Below are positions 29,698 through 39,194 of a DNA stretch of 54,518 nt, in pieces. The notes beneath the pieces are model-generated. The model saw nothing but the letters and a program-made list of their open reading frames with translations. It searched no databases and was not told where the DNA came from. Made by a program: the position numbers and the translations under genes. This DNA is from a candidate division WOR-3 bacterium (GTDB taxonomy: Bacteria > Hydrothermota > Hydrothermia > B15-G9 > WFZT01). Numbering within the stretch: position 1 is the stretch's first letter; each line of letters opens with the position of its first letter. The DNA is taken from assembly GCA_027053075.1 (NCBI GenBank), contig JALUEE010000023.1, positions 1-54,518 on the forward strand, given 5' to 3'.

Positions 29698-29983
29698 TTT
29701 TCCCCTCCAAGACTTTTGTCGCTATAGACTTCACTCTTGGGTCAGTTTCTTTTGCTACAATTTTTTTAATAATGTTTTTCGGTGTCTTGGGATGGACACA
29801 AATTAATTCTCTTACCGTTGGATCAGGGCACTGCCATAAATCAAGAATGAGGTCTAACGGACAATCTTCCCGTTTAAGTGCCATTTTAAAAATTTCATAG
29901 TTATTGCTTTTCAAGATGTTATCTATTAGATATTGATCCCATTTTCCCATTTCAATTTCTCTTTTTATTTCGTTTACGTTCAT
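29687..29983 (-). CDS. Small helical-repeat (LRV/HEAT-like) protein (cassette gene 1)
   Basis: 98 aa. Repeated CP..L..L...PD..VR..I..HPKTP pattern; overlaps the start of the next gene. Confidence 0.65.
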   Translation of the reverse strand: MNVNEIKREIEMGKWDQYLIDNILKSNNYEIFKMALKREDCPLDLILDLWQCPDPTVRELICVHPKTPKNIIKKIVAKETDPRVKSIATKVLEGKNEE

Positions 29984-30015
29984 CTTTGCTTTAACAAATT
30001 TTTGCTAATTTTTAC

Positions 30016-30040
30016 TTCGCCTAACTCGTTCATATACACA
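30016..30040 (-). other. Integron core site (attI-like) GTTAGGCGAA
   Basis: GTTRRRY core at 30025-30019; 9 of 10 nt complementary to the inverse core TTCGCCTATC at 26902-26893. Confidence 0.65.
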
Positions 30041-30110
30041 ATTTTGTGAGGATTGCTCTACTTACATGCGTATAAATTTCAGTAGTTTTCTTAAAATTAT
30101 AATCAGGCAA
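30030..30110 (-). pseudogene. Remnant of tyrosine recombinase (integron-integrase/Xer-like) C-terminus
   Basis: KTTEIYTHVS box-II catalytic Tyr motif. The upstream LLGH and the rest of the gene are not recognisable. Confidence 0.6.
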
Positions 30111-30384
30111 TTCATTAATATATCTTAACTTAAGCCTTTCTCTAAAACAGGTATTTTTAATTATTTTTAGAACGTGCCACTTCACAGATAATCTTCTGTT
30201 TAAGAATTTCACGATACCGAAATTTTAGAGCATTTATAATAAAATTCAAAGTAGTGGTTTTCGAAACAGTTCGGGATTATCGATTTCCATCGAGCTCCTT
30301 ATCCAATCTCCGCGAGAGAATAAATAATATAAAGAAAAATTCTTCTTAAACGAATTATGCAAATATAACATCCTTCAAAAATCT

Positions 30385-30421
30385 TTGACATGCTTTCAGG
30401 TAGTCTTTAGAATTATTCCAA
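30385..30421 (+). promoter_or_regulatory. sigma70 promoter of rubrerythrin with overlapping PerR/Fur-like box
   Basis: TTGACA (30385-30390), 17 bp, TAGAAT (30408-30413); 7-1-7 repeat TTAGAAT-T-ATTCCAA at 30407-30421. Confidence 0.65.
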
Positions 30422-30437
30422 AAAAGGAGGTAATAAA

Positions 30438-30941
30438 ATGCGTGAGATGACCAAAAAATCCCTGCAGGAAGCATTTGCTGGTGAGTCCATGGCTCACATG
30501 AAATATATGATTTTCAGTGAAGTCGCTGAGAAGGAAGGATTCCCCAACATTGCACGACTATTCAAGGCCATTGCCTACGCGGAATTTGTTCACGCCAAAA
30601 ACCATGCCAAACAACTTGGTATGATAGGCTCAACTACAGAAAATCTCCAGGCCGGAATTGAAGGCGAAACATTTGAGGTTGAAGAGATGTATCCGGCATA
30701 CGATGCTATTGCCAAACTTCAGCAAGAAAAGGGAGCGCAGAGGTCAATAAACTACGCACTTGAAGCTGAAAAAATTCACGCTGAGCTCTACGCGCAGGCA
30801 AAAGAACTTGCCTCCCAGAAAAAGGATATGGAGCTTGAAAGTGTCTACATTTGCCCTGTTTGCGGGTATACAGAGGTAAACAGCGCTCCGGATAAATGCC
30901 CAATCTGCGGGCTGCCCGGCGAAAAATTCCTGAAGTTTTAG
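30438..30941 (+). CDS. rbr: Rubrerythrin
   Basis: AFAGES, EFVHA, GETFE, EKIHA di-iron ligands; CPVCG..CPICG rubredoxin domain; AGGAGG RBS. Confidence 0.95.
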   Translation: MREMTKKSLQEAFAGESMAHMKYMIFSEVAEKEGFPNIARLFKAIAYAEFVHAKNHAKQLGMIGSTTENLQAGIEGETFEVEEMYPAYDAIAKLQQEKGAQRSINYALEAEKIHAELYAQAKELASQKKDMELESVYICPVCGYTEVNSAPDKCPICGLPGEKFLKF

Positions 30942-30942
30942 A

Positions 30943-31467
30943 ATGGACGTCAAAAAAGCCATTGAAACTCGAAGGGCCTACAGGGAGCTCGAACCGATTG
31001 AGGTTGATGAAGAGCTGATAAGAGACCTGGCAGAGTCCGCATCCCTTGCACCTTCTTGCTACAACAAACAGCCCTGGAGATTTGTTTTTGTAAAGAGCAA
31101 GGAAAAGCTGACTGAACTCTGGAGTGCCCTTCCACGTGGTAATAGCTGGGTCAAGCAGGGTTCTCTGATTGTTGCAGTTTTTACCACCAAAAAGCTCGAT
31201 TGCGTCATTGGAGAGAGGGAATATTTCCTTTTTGACAGTGGACTGGCATCAGCTTTTCTGGTCTTGAGGGCGACAGAGCTTGGCCTCGTGGCACATCCCA
31301 TAGCGGGTTATGACGAATCACGGGTGAAAGAGGTTTTGAAAATTCCTGAGGATATGCGGGTTATAACACTGATAGTGATTGGGAAACACAGAGAAGGTGC
31401 AGAAGAGGGGCCACGACCAGAGAGGTTAAAATTTGAGGAATTTGCGTGGATAGATGAGGTGAAATAA
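30943..31467 (+). CDS. Nitroreductase family protein
   Basis: RRAYR, APSCYNKQPWRF, ATELGL motifs. Confidence 0.9.
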   Translation: MDVKKAIETRRAYRELEPIEVDEELIRDLAESASLAPSCYNKQPWRFVFVKSKEKLTELWSALPRGNSWVKQGSLIVAVFTTKKLDCVIGEREYFLFDSGLASAFLVLRATELGLVAHPIAGYDESRVKEVLKIPEDMRVITLIVIGKHREGAEEGPRPERLKFEEFAWIDEVK

Positions 31468-31470
31468 AAA

Positions 31471-31503
31471 GGTGGCGGGGGCGCCTTCGGCGCCCCCGCC
31501 ACC
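31471..31503. terminator. Intrinsic terminator between convergent genes
   Basis: GGTGGCGGGGGCGCC-TTC-GGCGCCCCCGCCACC; preceding A-run gives a U-tail on the minus strand. Confidence 0.8.
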
Positions 31504-31516
31504 CATCATTAATTCC

Positions 31517-34500
31517 TTACCTCAATAGCACCAGCTTCGACGTCCTTGTTCCAAACTTAGTCTCGAGCCTCACAAAGTAAACACCACTTGAAATCTTCGC
31601 ACCAGTCTTTGACCTTCCATCCCATCTCATTGTGTACCTGCCAGCGGCGAGATTTCCATCAACAAGTTTTGTCACCATTCTCCCGGTAATGTCGTAAATT
31701 GCCAGCTTAACTCGAGAATTGTGAGGAATTGCAAAGGAAATATTTGTCATACCCCTGAATGGATTGGGTGACACGGGGAAGAGGGCAAATTTCAAAGTTC
31801 CATGCTGTCCTTCGGCGACTCCTACAGTCGTATCGGTCACAATGATAAGTGCAGTAGAATCTGTTACACCAAAGGCATGCTCATCAGGTGTACCATCAAA
31901 GAAATAGGTTAATCCGATAGTTCCCGTTTCATTCTCAAGACCAATTGTGTAATCCTGCTGAGTAGGCTCTGTTAGATACTGAATTTTAATCATGCCATCA
32001 CCTGTAGAAGATGGGTAATACTGAGGGTCATACAGGATAAATTCAAAGTTTTCCAGCTGATCGTTGTGTCCAAAGTGAGGAACATTGCGATACTCGATTA
32101 CAACATAATGTTCCGTCTGGTCATAGTAGTAAGAGACTGCTCCACCGGCATGAGGATTTAAATCATCCCAGACACCAGCAATCATGGCGTTTGGCTCGTC
32201 GGTATTCGGCAATGTTGTGTTACTCAAGGTACTCACTGTTGTCCTGCCGAGTGCTATCCATCCATTAGAGCAAACTGATAGCTGTGTGTAAGAGTGGCCG
32301 TAGTATGTGAAATTAAACGGCAGACTAATAGTCTCTGTCATATCGTCGCCAAGATTGATTACTGTTCCATTGCCACCACTATTAGGATCGATCTCAATCC
32401 AGTCAAAGCTCACATTTGCATTGTCCTGATGCTCAAAAATTCTGTACCCATAGGCATCCGGGCCGGTTGGGAGTGCTCTTACATCACCAACTGTGAGAGT
32501 AAACTGAATAGAGTCAATATAATTTCCACCGTTTCCATTGAATAGGAGAACAAAATCAATGTTCTGAGGCACAGGTGTAGCTGAATCCACATCGAATGCA
32601 AATTCTCCTGATCCCTGAGAACCTGGATCAAGAGTTCCAAAGGAAGCTACAGAGTCTACCATATGTATGTATGGGGAAGATGTTCTCAATGTTCCTGTTA
32701 GTCCGGAAACTCCTGAACCTCCATCATTTCTCAATCCAAGCTGGAGAATGATGCTCTCACCAGGGTCCATTATTCCATTGTTGTTTCCTGATGAATCAAC
32801 TATAGTAAGCTGAGTCAAAGCCAGAACCGGTGGTATTGCAGGCGGAGTTACGGCAATATCATCAATGTACCATCCTTCATGAGTGATTGATACATCAGAA
32901 GTCTGGCGGAATCTCAGATAGGTTACTGTCCCCATAGGGATATTTGATAGATCGTAAGTCTTCTGTGTCCAGTTCTGCTGTTCTCCTACTAACCTATCAA
33001 GCTGTTGCCAGGTCTGGCCACTATCAGTGGAAATCTCCACATATCCGAAATCACAGCAATTTTCAAAGTCGTATCTTGTCCAGAAGCTCAGCTGGGCATT
33101 TTCTCCAAGAATAACTATCGGACTCATCAGCCAGGCATTCATATCATTGGTATAGTTACCACTTTCAGAACCGGAGTAGAAGGAATGGGTAGGCGAATGA
33201 TAGCTTCTTGATGTGACGTGCCATAGGTCATTCTGACCACCGTGCTGCCAGCCGGTCGTATCTCCTTCGACGTTGTAGAACATTCCGACTCTTCCCACTA
33301 TCAACTTAAATGAATCCATGAAGGCAAAACCACCAGAAGCTGAAGCGTCAATGTTTATGAGAGGGAAGTATGGAGCTGGGGCACTATCAGCCACATAAAT
33401 TTCGTAAGGGGTTCCGGATGTCACTACACTATCAGGCAAGATAGTTCCGAAGTAAGCCACGCTGTCAGTAATTACGAGATAGGGAGATGGAGATGTAATC
33501 AGGGCACTTACTGAATCAACAGGTGTATGGCCACTATTTCTGAGTCGTACGTAGACGAGCAATGTTTCTCCTGGTTCTCCGACTCCATTTCCATTGCCGC
33601 CCAGAGTATCAATAACCGTATAAGAATCAAATTCTATAACCGGAGCATTGACTGTGATTGAGAAATGAGAGGTCCACACTGAGTCATTGGCGTCATGGAA
33701 CTGAAGGGTGAACATGGCGGTATGCTGGTCTGGTGTATTGAGTGCAGCAGCAATCTGGTATGGTGAAGGTGACCAGAGGGAGTCTCCTTCTGAAACGTTG
33801 CCAAAATATACTGAATCAGAGACAACCGTCACAAAAGAATCGGATGTTGAAAGCACGCCATAGACTGCGTTGGCAGCTGCGTTACCGTAGTTTCTTGCCA
33901 GTATGTAGAGGTCAGCCTGTTCTCCAGCATCGAGAGCGCCATTACCATTGGGGTCGTTTGCAAGAGAATCCCTGACATAACCTACATATGCTCCCTGTGA
34001 AATTGCCGTGATGTTGGCGGTATAAGGAACGAGGTTATGTCCGATTACGTGAACTTCTACCTGGCCACCGGATATAGGTGTCACGTTGATAAGTGCGTTT
34101 CCATTTGCGTCAGTGTAACCCTGTCCTATGATCGAGTCACCCTGAATAAAGGTAACAAGTGCAAGATCAACTGGATTTCCATTGGCCTGAACATTTACTG
34201 GAATCTGTGATGGAGCTATAGGTATTGCTCCCGGGACATCCACAACAGGTGAAACTGGCGGATTTGTGAAAACATCCGTTGAAGGATCACCAAACAGGTT
34301 GTACATCTCAAAGTACCGATGGCTTGCTCCACCTCCGCTGTAATGCTCGTACAGCCTGAGTTTACCTTCAACAATGTTTCCAGCTACCCAGTAGTATGTG
34401 GAATCAAACCACTCGTCAAAAATCCTTCTCTGAAGAATGTCATCTTCATCCCAGTATGAAGTTACAGAGGAGCCCATGGAAGTTATTGCCCCGTTCGGAG

Positions 34501-35962
34501 CCCTGAGCCATGCTTCCATAAAGCATTCAGACTGTGTGTACTGACCCGTCAAACAGGCATAACTCTCGACATGCGCCAGCATATCCACATTATTAAGAGA
34601 ATAAACCTGGGAAATGTTGAAAGGAGGCCCTGCCCATCCAGTTGTTCCTCCATGGCCTGAATATATTGCAAGGCTTCTTCCGCTATTCAACGCATCAGCT
34701 ACAGGTGTTCCAGAGTTGTAGTAATACCAAAGAGAATCTGTCTGCATTCCATGTCTTCTCACAATCCTCATACAGTAAACATGAGTGCTCTCTGCAACCT
34801 GATGGTGGCCACCATCATCCGAAGCCATGAAATAAGCAATACCTGCCCAGTTTGTCCCATTAGACCAGTTGTCCACCATCTCGTATTTCTCTATTTTGTG
34901 AACCACGGTGGAAAGCTGCGAAAGGTCCTGCACACTCAATCTTCCAATATACACATCAGGGAAGTAATCATTACCCTCAAGGGTGGTGTAATAAAGATCT
35001 GTCGCCGGGTTATCGCTTGCCTGACCTGTCCAGTTGGGAATCTGGTCAACATCACCTACGAGCTGCACAAAAGTGAGATTCCTCGTGGGATCGTCATAAA
35101 TCTGCTGTATGTAGTTTTTAATGTCGTCCGTGGTGTTCCCTGTCTGAGAGAGTGTGGCAACAATCACCCTGTATCCCTGAGTTTTCTTAACATTTACAAG
35201 CGGTGTAATGCTGTCAACCCAATTGTCAGGTACAATGAAAAGGTAATCTATTGGGAGGGTCAAAGCCGGTTTGCCAGACTCAAGAACACCATAATTTATA
35301 ACACTTTTCTGAAGCTTCTCTTCAAATGCCATGGAATAATGGTGGAGTATTCTTTCTCTGGTTTCCGAAAGATTTCCACCTATAAAATCCACCCTTACAT
35401 CCACGTTTGATACATATCTAACCTCACCAGTAACAGGGTTGTAGGAAATGGGATAGATGCTCAAAAGAACAAGTCTGTGTCCCCTGATGATCCCGGCCTC
35501 TTTTACCTCGACCATCTTCCGGGGATAAAAAGCATTCGTAGAATAAAACTCCTGGTCCATGGTGAATTTGACCTGTGGATTGGGAACTTTTGGAATAGGT
35601 GGCTGAACAGGTTTTACTTTCTCGGTAATATACATTGAGCCAGAATTAAAGCTAATTACTTTTGGGGAAACCTCTGCACCTATTGGAGCTTCAATGAGTT
35701 TTGTTATCACCGGAAGCTGAGGCTTTCCAATTTCCGTTGTGTATCCATAGTCACCAATTTTGAGGACCGCGAATTTACCGTGTGAAGAAGTTTCCGTTGT
35801 AACCTCAACGCCGGGAACTTCTGCCCTTACCTCTACCCCCATAGGGGAAGATGAAAGTACCTTCACCTCTGGCCCATTACCCGACGAGCCAAAGGGGATA
35901 TATTTTGCATTTACCATCCCCAACCCTATGAGCAGGGCAAGGATGAGCTTAGCATACTTCAT
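31517..35962 (-). CDS. Gingipain-like C25 cysteine peptidase with propeptide, accessory beta domains and T9SS-like/FlgD C-terminal domain
   Basis: Signal peptide; GKPQLP propeptide; LVGDV, IGRL, YSGHG (His), YACLTG (Cys), YNLFGDP; C-terminus PNPF..IYDITG..SGVYFVRL..KLVLLR. ATG 35962 with AGGAGG RBS. Confidence 0.9.
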   Translation of the reverse strand: MKYAKLILALLIGLGMVNAKYIPFGSSGNGPEVKVLSSSPMGVEVRAEVPGVEVTTETSSHGKFAVLKIGDYGYTTEIGKPQLPVITKLIEAPIGAEVSPKVISFNSGSMYITEKVKPVQPPIPKVPNPQVKFTMDQEFYSTNAFYPRKMVEVKEAGIIRGHRLVLLSIYPISYNPVTGEVRYVSNVDVRVDFIGGNLSETRERILHHYSMAFEEKLQKSVINYGVLESGKPALTLPIDYLFIVPDNWVDSITPLVNVKKTQGYRVIVATLSQTGNTTDDIKNYIQQIYDDPTRNLTFVQLVGDVDQIPNWTGQASDNPATDLYYTTLEGNDYFPDVYIGRLSVQDLSQLSTVVHKIEKYEMVDNWSNGTNWAGIAYFMASDDGGHHQVAESTHVYCMRIVRRHGMQTDSLWYYYNSGTPVADALNSGRSLAIYSGHGGTTGWAGPPFNISQVYSLNNVDMLAHVESYACLTGQYTQSECFMEAWLRAPNGAITSMGSSVTSYWDEDDILQRRIFDEWFDSTYYWVAGNIVEGKLRLYEHYSGGGASHRYFEMYNLFGDPSTDVFTNPPVSPVVDVPGAIPIAPSQIPVNVQANGNPVDLALVTFIQGDSIIGQGYTDANGNALINVTPISGGQVEVHVIGHNLVPYTANITAISQGAYVGYVRDSLANDPNGNGALDAGEQADLYILARNYGNAAANAVYGVLSTSDSFVTVVSDSVYFGNVSEGDSLWSPSPYQIAAALNTPDQHTAMFTLQFHDANDSVWTSHFSITVNAPVIEFDSYTVIDTLGGNGNGVGEPGETLLVYVRLRNSGHTPVDSVSALITSPSPYLVITDSVAYFGTILPDSVVTSGTPYEIYVADSAPAPYFPLINIDASASGGFAFMDSFKLIVGRVGMFYNVEGDTTGWQHGGQNDLWHVTSRSYHSPTHSFYSGSESGNYTNDMNAWLMSPIVILGENAQLSFWTRYDFENCCDFGYVEISTDSGQTWQQLDRLVGEQQNWTQKTYDLSNIPMGTVTYLRFRQTSDVSITHEGWYIDDIAVTPPAIPPVLALTQLTIVDSSGNNNGIMDPGESIILQLGLRNDGGSGVSGLTGTLRTSSPYIHMVDSVASFGTLDPGSQGSGEFAFDVDSATPVPQNIDFVLLFNGNGGNYIDSIQFTLTVGDVRALPTGPDAYGYRIFEHQDNANVSFDWIEIDPNSGGNGTVINLGDDMTETISLPFNFTYYGHSYTQLSVCSNGWIALGRTTVSTLSNTTLPNTDEPNAMIAGVWDDLNPHAGGAVSYYYDQTEHYVVIEYRNVPHFGHNDQLENFEFILYDPQYYPSSTGDGMIKIQYLTEPTQQDYTIGLENETGTIGLTYFFDGTPDEHAFGVTDSTALIIVTDTTVGVAEGQHGTLKFALFPVSPNPFRGMTNISFAIPHNSRVKLAIYDITGRMVTKLVDGNLAAGRYTMRWDGRSKTGAKISSGVYFVRLETKFGTRTSKLVLLR

Positions 35963-35967
35963 ACACA

Positions 35968-38900
35968 CTACCTCCTATTTGGTTGAAGTACCAACAACTT
36001 TTTGACAATCCTTTTATCATTTACCCTGAGTCTTACAAAGTAAATACCCGATGGGACCGGGGTATTATTAAACCCTTTTGTATTCCATTGAACAGTGTAC
36101 TGACCCGGATTAAATACGCCTGATTTCAGAATCTTTACAAGTTTGCCAGAAACGTCGTAAATCCTGAGATCAACTTTTGCCCTTGATGGTAGTGCAAAGG
36201 TGATAACCGCGTTTCTCACAATAGTGTTGGGTGTTACAGCAAATCGGGGTAATCCATGTGAATCGTGATTCTCAGTAACTCCAGTCTCAAGGTCAGTTGT
36301 GAACAAAACATTCCTCTGACTCGCCGGCCCCGCCACAGTGACAGGGCCATTGCCATTGTACCAGTACTGTAGGGCATCGTTTTCCGATGGGCTTTCAATA
36401 CCGATTGTTGCAGATGACGTGGAGCCAAGATTCTGGTACTGGAAAAGAATCAGGCCATCTCCAGTTGAGGTTGGATAATATGCAGGATCAAAGAAAATAA
36501 CCTCAAAGGTGTTTGTGCTGGAACTACTCCAGAAAGGTACATTATACCATTCAACGATAAACTTGTGGTCTTCTGCGTGATAGTAAACCTGGCCACTGGA
36601 TGAGGGATTCAGGTCATCCCAGAAAGGAGCAACCATTACAATCCCATCTGAGTTGGGAAGAGAATTGTTGGAATATGGAGAACTGCTGCTGGCCCCCATG
36701 GCAATAAATCCGTTGGAGCAGATTGAAATCTGTGAATAAGTATGGCCGTAGTAAGTGAAGTTAAACGGGAGATTAACAGTTGCAATATCATCATCGCCGA
36801 GATTCATCGGTGTTCCTGTAGATGTAATGTCAATCCAGGCATAAGGCATGTGGGCAGTTACAAGAGTATCAATATTTTCCACCGCATAGTATCCGTAGTT
36901 ATCAGGCCCAGTGGGATCATTGGCAGTAAGTGCGCCTACACCGAAATTAATTCCAAGTGACTGATCAAGATTATCCCCCATGAAGTGCATAACAAGGGAT
37001 TCATCGTGGCCTCGAGGGCAATCCTGGGAAACTACAAGAGATACAGTGTCTGTGATGGTATCTCCCGGCAGTATATTGCCAAGTACAAGGGTTTCTGGCT
37101 GTGTAGTTACAAATGAATCACCCGGGACAAACACACAATGTGCATTTCTTGCTGTGTCGAGTCCAACATTGGAAAATCTGAAAATCAAATTCAAAGTTTC
37201 GCCCGGGTCAGGTCTGCCATTGCCATTCCCTGTCTGGGTATCATCAAAACCGTAGTTAATTATTGCTATATACGGTCCCGATGGCCTTTCTGTTTCCACT
37301 GCGTCCAGATCAAAACCTGGATTGGGGTCAGATGTACTACCATCACCATCATCCACAATTTTTATGTACCTGTAAGAACCTGCAAAGTTAAATGATTCTG
37401 TACCATGACCATTTCCGATAATATTCCAGGGGCCTTTCCAGTTATTGGAACCGTAAACAGTATATCCCTCATTCGGGACACCATCATCTCCTTCATAAAT
37501 CTTAACATATCCGTTGGCAACACCGTTTTGCCCAAGGTCAAGAACCACATGCCCACCTACGCCAAGATAGAAAAATCTGCCATCGTGCTCTCCAAGCATG
37601 TTCCCGACTAAAAACGTGTCAACCGTAATTCTTGAGTAATTGCTGGCATTCACATAAACTTCAACAGGCTTGAATGCGTACCTTCCCCCTCCAGGCGTAA
37701 GATAAACATTCAGATGGGTGAGTGAATCCTCAAACACCTGCACATTGGGGATTGTTTTTGTAACATATCCGTTGGCCTCAACACGAAGAGTGTACGTGCC
37801 AGGCATCAAAAGCTTTATGTAATCTCCTGTAACTCTGTCTGTATAAACAGGCCAGCGAATGCCTTCCACATAGATTTTTGCCTCTTTTATGGTGTCACCG
37901 CTGGCAGAATCAATGACAAATCCTCCGACTCCCTGGCCGGCTTTAACAAGAATCATATTAATAGCCCTTCTATTGAGCTCCGCGACAGAATCAATAAGAC
38001 TTGCAGGAGGATTGTAGCCCCCTGTACCCCAGACCTCTATGGTTATGTCAATATCTGAATCTATTCCATAGGAGTAATCATTGAGGTCTCCTCTTGTCTG
38101 ATACCAGTCATAGCCTTCAGTCACAGGATATCCTGTTGAGTCACCGTACCTGACAGAAACATCGTAAATAAAAGGATTGTCCTCACATCTGACAGGAGTA
38201 TAGTTCCAGGGGTAGTTCACATAAAATGCACCACTGTGGAAAGTGAGAGATAGGACAAAATTGTGGAGCTGGGAAAACTCGTACATTGCCTGAGTCTCGG
38301 GCTGTGAATAGGGCTCTGAACTTCCGCCAGAGCCATCCCACATATATCCATAATCTCTATTAAGGTCCACGCCATCGCCATTACGCCTGGTATCATTCAC
38401 ATAACCATCGGGATTGAAAACAGGAATAATCCAGATTTCCCTGTTGTTAACCATATCGGTTACAAATGGGTCTGTACCATAGTTTTCCAGAAGATATGGA
38501 GCATAGGCGACCAAGACTTCACCAGAAATTTGCTCATTTCCGTGATGTACTCCAACAAGTCTCACCTCTGGCTCAAACTCTTCCACGTCAGGGTTGTCGG
38601 AAATTTTCATTGCAAGAATAGGTCTACCCTGTGAGCTGAAACCAATTGTATCAAGAAGGCAAATATTCGGATAGGTCTGGGCAAGAGAATCAAAAATAGC
38701 AACAATCTGGTTGAATGTATGGAAACCTGGTGGAACTTTTACGGTTACCGTATCATAGTCAATTAAAACCTTAAAACTGTACCCAAGTTTTTTGAGCAGT
38801 GATCCATCATCGTAAATCATTACCTTTAGCTGATTGCCGGGGGTGAGATTCACAATGTCATACTTCTTGCTAATCTTTGGGATATCTCTTCTGTTGAAGT

Positions 38901-38973
38901 TGGGGACAAGGACAAGTTTCTCGCCAAAGAGAAAACTTGCCATAAGTATAGATAGCACAAGGACTTTTTTCAT
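35968..38973 (-). CDS. M14 zinc carboxypeptidase with CarboxypepD regulatory domain and T9SS-like C-terminal domain
   Basis: HHGNE, NPDG, RRN..DLNRDY, TFHSG, PGTYTL; C-terminus IYDVSG..SGIYFVRL..KKLLVL. Confidence 0.9.
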   Translation of the reverse strand: MKKVLVLSILMASFLFGEKLVLVPNFNRRDIPKISKKYDIVNLTPGNQLKVMIYDDGSLLKKLGYSFKVLIDYDTVTVKVPPGFHTFNQIVAIFDSLAQTYPNICLLDTIGFSSQGRPILAMKISDNPDVEEFEPEVRLVGVHHGNEQISGEVLVAYAPYLLENYGTDPFVTDMVNNREIWIIPVFNPDGYVNDTRRNGDGVDLNRDYGYMWDGSGGSSEPYSQPETQAMYEFSQLHNFVLSLTFHSGAFYVNYPWNYTPVRCEDNPFIYDVSVRYGDSTGYPVTEGYDWYQTRGDLNDYSYGIDSDIDITIEVWGTGGYNPPASLIDSVAELNRRAINMILVKAGQGVGGFVIDSASGDTIKEAKIYVEGIRWPVYTDRVTGDYIKLLMPGTYTLRVEANGYVTKTIPNVQVFEDSLTHLNVYLTPGGGRYAFKPVEVYVNASNYSRITVDTFLVGNMLGEHDGRFFYLGVGGHVVLDLGQNGVANGYVKIYEGDDGVPNEGYTVYGSNNWKGPWNIIGNGHGTESFNFAGSYRYIKIVDDGDGSTSDPNPGFDLDAVETERPSGPYIAIINYGFDDTQTGNGNGRPDPGETLNLIFRFSNVGLDTARNAHCVFVPGDSFVTTQPETLVLGNILPGDTITDTVSLVVSQDCPRGHDESLVMHFMGDNLDQSLGINFGVGALTANDPTGPDNYGYYAVENIDTLVTAHMPYAWIDITSTGTPMNLGDDDIATVNLPFNFTYYGHTYSQISICSNGFIAMGASSSSPYSNNSLPNSDGIVMVAPFWDDLNPSSSGQVYYHAEDHKFIVEWYNVPFWSSSSTNTFEVIFFDPAYYPTSTGDGLILFQYQNLGSTSSATIGIESPSENDALQYWYNGNGPVTVAGPASQRNVLFTTDLETGVTENHDSHGLPRFAVTPNTIVRNAVITFALPSRAKVDLRIYDVSGKLVKILKSGVFNPGQYTVQWNTKGFNNTPVPSGIYFVRLRVNDKRIVKKLLVLQPNRR

Positions 38974-39194
38974 TTCTTCCTCCTTTCAAAGATAGACGTT
39001 TTACTTTAATGCCAGTGGTTACCACTTTCAAGGTAGTCTAAAAGACCCGATTTGAAGGGAAATTTAGGAGTTAATTTCATTTAAATCGATACATTGAACG
39101 AGGGTTTAATCTTCGAATGAAAGGGGAATTTTAATCTGCTAAGGAATTTGCAAGATATGGCTGATAATTATGCTCAATCATTAATCCAACACAA

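Noticed and set aside
34751..35410. Long antisense ORFs (219 aa here; also 43743-44282, 45344-45886, 26165-26641)
   Set aside because: They are shadows of well-supported genes on the opposite strand, with no motifs.
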